DNA of 32,000 bases from Telmatocola sphagniphila. GTDB taxonomy: Bacteria > Planctomycetota > Planctomycetia > Gemmatales > Gemmataceae. The position numbers were made by a program, and so were the translations under genes. This document shows, one piece after another, positions 26,407 to 32,000 of this stretch. The DNA lies in NCBI RefSeq assembly GCF_018398935.1, contig NZ_CP074694.1, positions 5,250,001 to 5,282,000 on the forward strand. The letters run 5' to 3'. The notes under the pieces were generated by a model. The model ran no database searches. It was not told the origin of the DNA and worked only from the letters and a program-made list of their open reading frames with translations. The stretch's first letter is position 1; every line of letters starts with the position of its first letter.

Positions 26407-26979
26407 CTACCTCTGCACCTTACTTAATCCTCGAGCCGCAAAAAATCGCGGCGTTTCCGGAATCCACGAGGCTTCCTCTTCGAATTCCAAGGTCGAGCCG
26501 AACACATTGGGCCGGACTTCCAGGTGATTGATCCAGTCTTCCGCTTGCGTCTTGTTCAAAAGTTTTCTGTAATCTCGCATTATCTCTTTCAGGCTCTCCG
26601 GCTTGATGGTCAGTTCAATTCGATGAGCTAAGACCGTAAAGTCCATGGTTTGAAGTACGTATGTGGTCGAACGGGTAATGACCGCACGAAATGCCGAGTA
26701 GATGGCGGCATAGGCCGTGGCCTTCACAACGTTTCGCTCGCCTCGGGCAAACGCCAGAAACGGCGACGTGTTGTAAGCCAGGGCCGCCGAGGGGTCACAG
26801 GTACAGTTCTCGGCAATCGTGATCATTTCATCGATAATTTCCTTCTGCCGATCATTCATAATGGGCCACCAGCGATTCAAAATTCCCTGCACTCGCCGGG
26901 CACACCGGGCGGCGAAGGCGATTTGTGCGTTCTTGGGAAGAATCAGGATCTCGGCTTCGGACAAAAGGGAAAGAGCCAT
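26407..26979 (-). CDS. Hypothetical all-alpha protein (190 aa)
   Basis: Clean ORF with no recognisable catalytic motif. The N-terminus 'AQIAFAARCARRVQGIL' resembles helical-repeat or immunity-like proteins, but I cannot assign a family. Confidence 0.6.
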   Translation of the reverse strand: MALSLLSEAEILILPKNAQIAFAARCARRVQGILNRWWPIMNDRQKEIIDEMITIAENCTCDPSAALAYNTSPFLAFARGERNVVKATAYAAIYSAFRAVITRSTTYVLQTMDFTVLAHRIELTIKPESLKEIMRDYRKLLNKTQAEDWINHLEVRPNVFGSTLEFEEEASWIPETPRFFAARGLSKVQR

Positions 26980-27251
26980 TGGAGTAGCCTCACAAGTTGC
27001 TTCTCATGTTTCGCTAATAAATTGTAGCCTCGCGTTTTGCCCTATCTAACACGGCAATTTTCATTGAAAACAGCTTTTAATTAATGAGACTCGTTTAAAA
27101 TGAAGCATCTGATGAGCGATTTTGAGCGCGGCTTAGGGTTTTCTACGGACGAAGCAGCGGAACTATGCTTTTTCGCTGCTGAAAATTGCAACGATCTTAA
27201 AAGTAGGTTTGGTCGCTATATTTTTTAAATTTGACAGTTGGGCGAGCTCGC

Positions 27252-28316
27252 TTATGCGGCCGGGGCCTCTTCAGACTGGGCTTCACTCTGATACTGATCC
27301 AGTTTTTTGTGCAGTGTATTGCGATTGATCCCGAGCTTGTCAGCGGCTTTAACCTGCACGCCGTCGCATTGCACCAGAACGTGCTCGATTAGAGCTTTCT
27401 CCAGCCCGCCGACCAGATAGTCGTAGAGTTTGGTATCGCCATTGGGGGCCGATTGCACCCCCACCTTTACCAGCTGCTGTATGAGCCCTGGGACATCTTC
27501 CGTGCGCGGCTTGGAGCTTCGCATGTTGTACTTGGGTCGGCCAAAGCGATGTAACAACTCGGGCGGTACCGTTCGGCCAATGGTGAAAACAATCAGCCGT
27601 TCGATCGTATTTTCCAGCTCCCGCACGTTCCCGGGCCAGTCATGATTTTGCAGGGCTGTCTGAAGTTCGGGCGTCCATTCGGGAACTTCCCGGCGATTCA
27701 GGTCCGCATAGCGCTTCAAAAAGTACTGCGCCAGTAATGGAATATCATCCCGCCGTTCGCGCAAGGGCGGCAAAGGAATCGGCACCACGTTCAAACGATA
27801 GTACAAGTCATCGCGAAAGCGTCCGGCCTCGATTTCATCTTCCAAAGCCTGGTTAGTCGCGGCTACTACTCGCACATCAACCCGCACGGTTCGAGACTCG
27901 CCGACTCGTTCGAATTCCCGTTCCTGCAAGACTCGCAGAAGTTTCACTTGCAGTTTGGGCGACATGCTCGAAATTTCATCAAGGAAGATGGTTCCGCCAT
28001 GGGCCGCTTCGAATCGGCCGGTCTTGTTATCGACCGCCCCGGTGAAGGCCCCTTTTACGTGACCGAACAGTTCGCTTTCTAGCAGATTTTCGTGCAGTGC
28101 CCCGCAGTTGACCCGTACGTAAGGACCATCGGACCGCTTGCTGAGTTTATGAATGGCTCGGGCGATCACTTCCTTACCGGTACCAGTCTCCCCGATAATC
28201 AGAACGCTGGCGTTGGTCGGGGCCGCCAGACGGGTCAGGCGGTAGACCTCCTGCATGTGGGAACTGTTACCAACGATATCCGGCAGGGGTGATTCCACCG
28301 TTTCTTGCCGTGCCAT
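27252..28316 (-). CDS. Sigma-54-dependent transcriptional activator (bEBP): AAA+ domain + Fis-type HTH, lacking any N-terminal regulatory domain
   Basis: Walker A 'GETGTGKEVIARAIH'. 'ESELFGHVKGAFTGA' is the GAFTGA sigma-54 contact loop. 'GGTIFLDEI', 'RVVAATN', 'WPGNVRELEN' are present. C-terminal HTH is 'KAADKLGINRNTLHKKL'. The AAA+ core starts about residue 15. Confidence 0.95.
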   Translation of the reverse strand: MARQETVESPLPDIVGNSSHMQEVYRLTRLAAPTNASVLIIGETGTGKEVIARAIHKLSKRSDGPYVRVNCGALHENLLESELFGHVKGAFTGAVDNKTGRFEAAHGGTIFLDEISSMSPKLQVKLLRVLQEREFERVGESRTVRVDVRVVAATNQALEDEIEAGRFRDDLYYRLNVVPIPLPPLRERRDDIPLLAQYFLKRYADLNRREVPEWTPELQTALQNHDWPGNVRELENTIERLIVFTIGRTVPPELLHRFGRPKYNMRSSKPRTEDVPGLIQQLVKVGVQSAPNGDTKLYDYLVGGLEKALIEHVLVQCDGVQVKAADKLGINRNTLHKKLDQYQSEAQSEEAPAA

Positions 28317-28566
28317 AAGGAGCCCAAAGGATCGAATTAGGAGAGATAAGCTTAGTATAGGTGAAGGGTGCCTTTTCTTGCAACAGTAAACGCTACAAGT
28401 GTGTGCGAATAGTTCAAAGAGTAGGCTCGGAGCAGCTTCGAAGTCTCGATTTTGTACGAATTTGGCAAATATTCTGTGAAATATGCTTCAAAATAGAGCA
28501 ATTAATTCGCTTTTTGATGCAAAAACTTAGCGAAGATGAACAGGCCGGAGAGTCGATACAGATTGC

Positions 28567-30057
28567 ATGAGCGTCACAGATCAGAGAGTTCATCATCAGG
28601 TTCTGGCCGGTTCGGTCAGCAATCTGCTCCTGTTCGTCGGCAATCTGGCCGTGACCTTCTTCCTGGCTCCCTTCCTGATCGCCCATCTGGGAGACGCTTC
28701 CTACGGCCATTGGGCGTTAGTGGAATCACTGACAGCCTACTTTACCCTCCTAGACTTAGGGATCTCCAGCTGTCTGGTCCGATTCATCGCTGCCCGGCCC
28801 AGCTCGGAGTGGCCGCGATATACTACCACAGCTTTTCGCACTCTGGCAATTGTGGCCGGGGTAGGGCTGGCGGTGGTTCTCCCGCTCGGCTTCTTATCGT
28901 CACATCCGCTGTTTTTCATCCTCTGTATGGTGCCGGTGGCTACTGGGCTACCCATGGGGGTCTACCCGGCCGTGCTGGATGGCATGCAGGCTACGGTTCT
29001 CAAGAGCCTTCTGCGCCTGGGACTATTGCTTGCCAAGACAGTATCCCTGGTTGTAGTCATTCGCAATCAGCCTACCTTGAACTGCTTGGGGGTCGTGCTC
29101 GGCGTTTTCACTCTGCTGGAACAGGTTCTTCTCTACGGCATTGTGCGAAAGGTGCAAGCATCGTTGAGCAGCGAAAGGAGCCCATCGGTTACCGGTTGGA
29201 ACCGAGCGGCGTTTCGGGAAATGCTATCCCTCTCTAAGCAAGCTTTTGTAATTCTGCTTTCGGGTCGGATGGCCGTGCAGTCGGGGCCGATATTAATTGG
29301 TCTGATGCTGAATGCACCGCATGTGGCTTTTTATGCAATTGCATTTCGATTGGTCGATACCGGTAAGAGCGCTCTTCGGACGGCCACGAGTACTTTGACG
29401 GCCGCTTTCGGAACGTTTTCAACGCGATCGAATTTGAAGCCGATTCAAACTCTATATCGCTACGCCACGCGCTGGACCTTATATGCTGTGATACCCATGC
29501 AGATTGGCATCTGGTTCTGGGGGGAGTGGTTTTTGCGCTGCTGGCTTCCGGAAGGCGAATACGCAAGGCAAGGTGGTCCGGTGTTGTGCGTCCTCGCCCT
29601 GTCACTCACGATGAGTTTGGCGCAATCGCTGGCCGCCCGAATACTCTACGGTCTGGGCGATTTAAGTTTTTTTGCCCGCGTTTCCATGCTGGAAGCGATT
29701 ACCGGCGTCTTGTTGGCTCTTATCCTGATACCTTCGTTCGGATTAGTGGGTTTAGGTGTAGCGATCACACTGCCGAACCTGCTGGCCGACTTCTGGGTTT
29801 TGCACTACACTCATCGCCGGATTGAATTGCCTTTCCGCGATTATCTGCAGGAATGGATTCCTCCCTATCTCTGCGGCCTGAGTCTGAATTTCTTCTGGAC
29901 GGCGCTCTTAATGCTACGGTTGCCGATCGGAAACTTTTATATCGTGCTCAGTGGTGTTTTGGTTTACGGGTTATGTGTGTTGATTGTGGAGGGGCGGGTC
30001 TTTGAAAGACAGAGCGTGCGAAGTCGAATTATACGGCGACTACCTGTAGCGGAGTAA
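28567..30057 (+). CDS. Polysaccharide/oligosaccharide flippase (MOP superfamily, Wzx-like)
   Basis: About 12-14 predicted TM segments across 496 aa. The N-terminus 'LAGSVSNLLLFVGNLAVTFFLAPFLIAHLGDASYGHWALV' is typical of Wzx/polysaccharide-biosynthesis proteins. Confidence 0.8.
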   Translation: MSVTDQRVHHQVLAGSVSNLLLFVGNLAVTFFLAPFLIAHLGDASYGHWALVESLTAYFTLLDLGISSCLVRFIAARPSSEWPRYTTTAFRTLAIVAGVGLAVVLPLGFLSSHPLFFILCMVPVATGLPMGVYPAVLDGMQATVLKSLLRLGLLLAKTVSLVVVIRNQPTLNCLGVVLGVFTLLEQVLLYGIVRKVQASLSSERSPSVTGWNRAAFREMLSLSKQAFVILLSGRMAVQSGPILIGLMLNAPHVAFYAIAFRLVDTGKSALRTATSTLTAAFGTFSTRSNLKPIQTLYRYATRWTLYAVIPMQIGIWFWGEWFLRCWLPEGEYARQGGPVLCVLALSLTMSLAQSLAARILYGLGDLSFFARVSMLEAITGVLLALILIPSFGLVGLGVAITLPNLLADFWVLHYTHRRIELPFRDYLQEWIPPYLCGLSLNFFWTALLMLRLPIGNFYIVLSGVLVYGLCVLIVEGRVFERQSVRSRIIRRLPVAE

Positions 30058-30095
30058 AGGAGATTTCACCGCAATTCCTATCAGTTTACCCGTTT

Positions 30096-30282
30096 GTTAG
30101 CCCGACGCGTAAGCGAGGGCAATTTATATCTGTTAATCCGACGCGTGAGCGAGGGCAAATCATAAAAAAATGGCATTTTCTTATAATTACTTATATAAAT
30201 TGTGCAGATTAAGATGTTTTTCCATTGGATTGCAATTAAATTCCTCCCTTACGCGTCGGGCTAACTAAGGCGTCGGCTTAAC
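30096..30282. repeat. Two tandem 27-bp repeats and two inverted counterparts flanking an AT-rich ~85-bp core
   Basis: Left arms: GTTAGCCCGACGCGTAAGCGAGGGCAA (30096-30122) and GTTAATCCGACGCGTGAGCGAGGGCAA (30132-30158). 30248-30265 is the exact reverse complement of the first 18 nt of arm 1. 30267-30282 is a 13/16 inverted match to arm 2. Confidence 0.85.
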
Positions 30283-30322
30283 GAGCAGTTTTTTCGCTTC
30301 GATACAAATAGAAAAATAAACC

Positions 30323-31480
30323 CTATTCCATCCGCCTTCGGAACAGCCAGCTGGCCAGTGATAGTGTAAACAGGGCGATAACCATCAGCGGCACGAGTGC
30401 TCGAAATACTTCAATCGCCGGTAATCCTTTTAAGAAGAGCCCTTTCATTACCGGCATCAGATGTCTCACTGGATTAGCGTAGGTCAACGTTTGGAGCCAG
30501 GCGGGCATATTTTCCACCGGCGTCGCAAATCCTGAAAGCAGCATGGCCGGGACCATGAAGACGAAGTTGTAGAGAATGGCCTGCTGCTGGGTTTTCGCCA
30601 CGCTGGAGATGAACAGTCCCACACCCGCTAGCGCTAAAAGATAGGTTAACAGTGAAATGTAAAGCAAAATGATCGAACTTCGGAAAGGAACGCCGAAGAC
30701 GAAGACCCCGACCAAACACATGCCGGTTGCTTGGACGGTTCCAATAATCAAGGCCGGGATACTCTTCCCGATGAGTATTTCCGTCGGGGATAACGGTGAA
30801 ACAAGCAGTTGATCGAAGGTGCCCATCTCCCGCTCGCGGGCGACCGATAAGCCCGTAATCATAAGCCCCATCAGCGTTGTGAGAATTACCACGAGTGCGG
30901 GCACCGTGCTCCACTTCGGTTCCAGGTTGGGGTTGAACCAAACTCTGTTTACCACGGTTGTCGAGGCGAGTTGCCCTTGCAGGTATTGAGTCAGCTCGGC
31001 TTCGTAACGGACTACTATGTTTTCTGCGTAGTTAGCGACAATCTGGGCCGCGTTAGCTCGTCGGCCATCCAGCAAAAATTGGACGGAGGCTGGTTCACCG
31101 GCCGCCACTTTCCGGGAAAAATCGGTACCAATAATCAGCACCATCAGGCATTCCCGGCTGTCCAGGGCCGGCGCTACTTCGCTGTCGGATTGCAAATGAA
31201 GGACGCGGGAAAAATTCGGCGAACCTTTCAAGCGCGTGACCAGATCGCGGGCATATATCCCGGCATCCTTATTCAACATGGCCACCGGCACATCTTTAAC
31301 TTCCTGAGTAGCCGCGAATGAAAAGATAAGAAGTTGCAGTAGGGGCGGTACGATGAGAATTGTGCGGGTTTTCTTATCGCGCCAGACCATTAGCAGTTCT
31401 TTGATGATCAGACTTCTCAGTCGAATGGAAAGCACCTCAGCCCTCCAATCGCGTTCGCGTGGAACGATAGAGAAGAACAA
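30323..31480 (-). CDS. ABC-2 type transporter permease (YbhS/YbhR-like)
   Basis: 'IKELLMVWRDKKTRTILIVPPLLQLLIF' followed by a large periplasmic loop and 5 C-terminal TM segments ('REREMGTFDQLLVSPLSPTEILIGK'). An alternative GTG start at 31435 lies just after the upstream stop. Confidence 0.9.
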   Translation of the reverse strand: MFFSIVPRERDWRAEVLSIRLRSLIIKELLMVWRDKKTRTILIVPPLLQLLIFSFAATQEVKDVPVAMLNKDAGIYARDLVTRLKGSPNFSRVLHLQSDSEVAPALDSRECLMVLIIGTDFSRKVAAGEPASVQFLLDGRRANAAQIVANYAENIVVRYEAELTQYLQGQLASTTVVNRVWFNPNLEPKWSTVPALVVILTTLMGLMITGLSVAREREMGTFDQLLVSPLSPTEILIGKSIPALIIGTVQATGMCLVGVFVFGVPFRSSIILLYISLLTYLLALAGVGLFISSVAKTQQQAILYNFVFMVPAMLLSGFATPVENMPAWLQTLTYANPVRHLMPVMKGLFLKGLPAIEVFRALVPLMVIALFTLSLASWLFRRRME

Positions 31481-32000
31481 AAAGTATTGTGGCGAAGGTC
31501 ATCAGCACAAGAGTATTAGGCACCAGAACTTGTGGAACATCCCCGGCGAGGAAAACAGTCTGCAAACCCGCCACAAAATATCGGGGCGGAAGCACACGCG
31601 TTAATAACTGAATCGGCAGCGGCATGGAATCGATTTCGAATAACAGTCCGCTGAGTTCGAACGCGGGAAGAAATCCCGCGATAAGAGCCGCCTGACAGGC
31701 CACGAACTGATTTCGGGTTCGGGTCGATATCAGCAAACCCAGCGAAAGTGTGGTCATCAAATAGGACGCCGAGAGCACGATCAGCGCCAGAATCGAACCG
31801 CGGAAGGGGACTCCAAAGCCCCAGACCGCCGTACCCGCCGATACGGCCATGGCCAGCATGCCCAGCGTGAAGTAGGGCAAGAGCTTGCTAATCAAGAATT
31901 CCATTCGGGTGATCGGGGTGGCCAATAAACCTTCCATCGTTCCGCGTTCCCATTCCCTGGCCACAACCAGAGCGGTAAGCAGAACACCGATTAGCGTCAG
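31437..32000 (-). CDS. ABC-2 type transporter permease, C-terminal part (the gene continues past the right edge)
   Basis: 'AREWERGTMEGLLATPITRMEFLISK' is the ABC2_membrane signature. The frame stays open to position 32000, so the 'start' at 31964 in the ORF track is internal. Confidence 0.9.
   Translation of the reverse strand: MTLIGVLLTALVVAREWERGTMEGLLATPITRMEFLISKLLPYFTLGMLAMAVSAGTAVWGFGVPFRGSILALIVLSASYLMTTLSLGLLISTRTRNQFVACQAALIAGFLPAFELSGLLFEIDSMPLPIQLLTRVLPPRYFVAGLQTVFLAGDVPQVLVPNTLVLMTFATILFVLLYRSTRTRLEG

Noticed and set aside
28366-28382. Sigma-54 promoter-like GGGTGCCTTTTCTTGCA upstream of the flippase, next to the bEBP gene
   Set aside because: GG and GC are separated by 11 nt rather than the required 10, and the -24 box reads GGTGCC rather than TGGCAC. 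It is not a convincing RpoN site.
28536-29237. 233-aa plus-strand ORF overlapping the flippase out of frame
   Set aside because: The product is Arg/Gly/Ser/Pro-rich with no hydrophobic pattern. The alternative frame (28567..30057) gives a coherent polytopic membrane protein.

Overview
This window looks like chromosomal DNA from a member of the Planctomycetota. That is an inference from a DUF1559/H-X9-DG prepilin-like protein with its partner lipoprotein, an 'ETLEDRLQPS' N-terminal motif, and ACGCGT-centred intergenic palindromes. I found no rRNA, tRNA, CRISPR array, transposase or integrase. The gene content, left to right, is:
- a lipoprotein plus DUF1559 pair;
- a six-gene, translationally coupled stressosome-type operon: RsbR, RsbS, RsbT, a GHKL-PP2C fusion, a sensor-less histidine kinase, and a REC-PAS-PAS-HK-REC hybrid kinase, with no sigma-B partner-switching genes;
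- a tiny membrane protein with a truncated ACP-like tail;
- a secreted animal-haem-type peroxidase;
- a roughly 490-bp array of highly structured 159-bp tandem repeats;
- a VOC/glyoxalase gene and mutS;
- a low-GC accessory islet;
- a large LRR lipoprotein, an acyltransferase-3, and an S9 peptidase;
- an orphan gene, a regulatory-domain-less sigma-54 activator divergent from a Wzx-like flippase, and two ABC-2 permeases.

The most unusual structure is in the islet. A 1,992-bp segment of about 40% GC, flanked by perfect 40-bp direct repeats, sits inside the last codons of mutS. It carries one gene (4TM + HEAT + DUF4375/DMP19-like). It has displaced the ancestral mutS stop codon and its terminator, both of which are still intact downstream. 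A 'mobile mystery protein A/B' (HTH + Fic) pair follows immediately.

All family assignments come from reading motifs by eye. None has been checked by HMM or BLAST.
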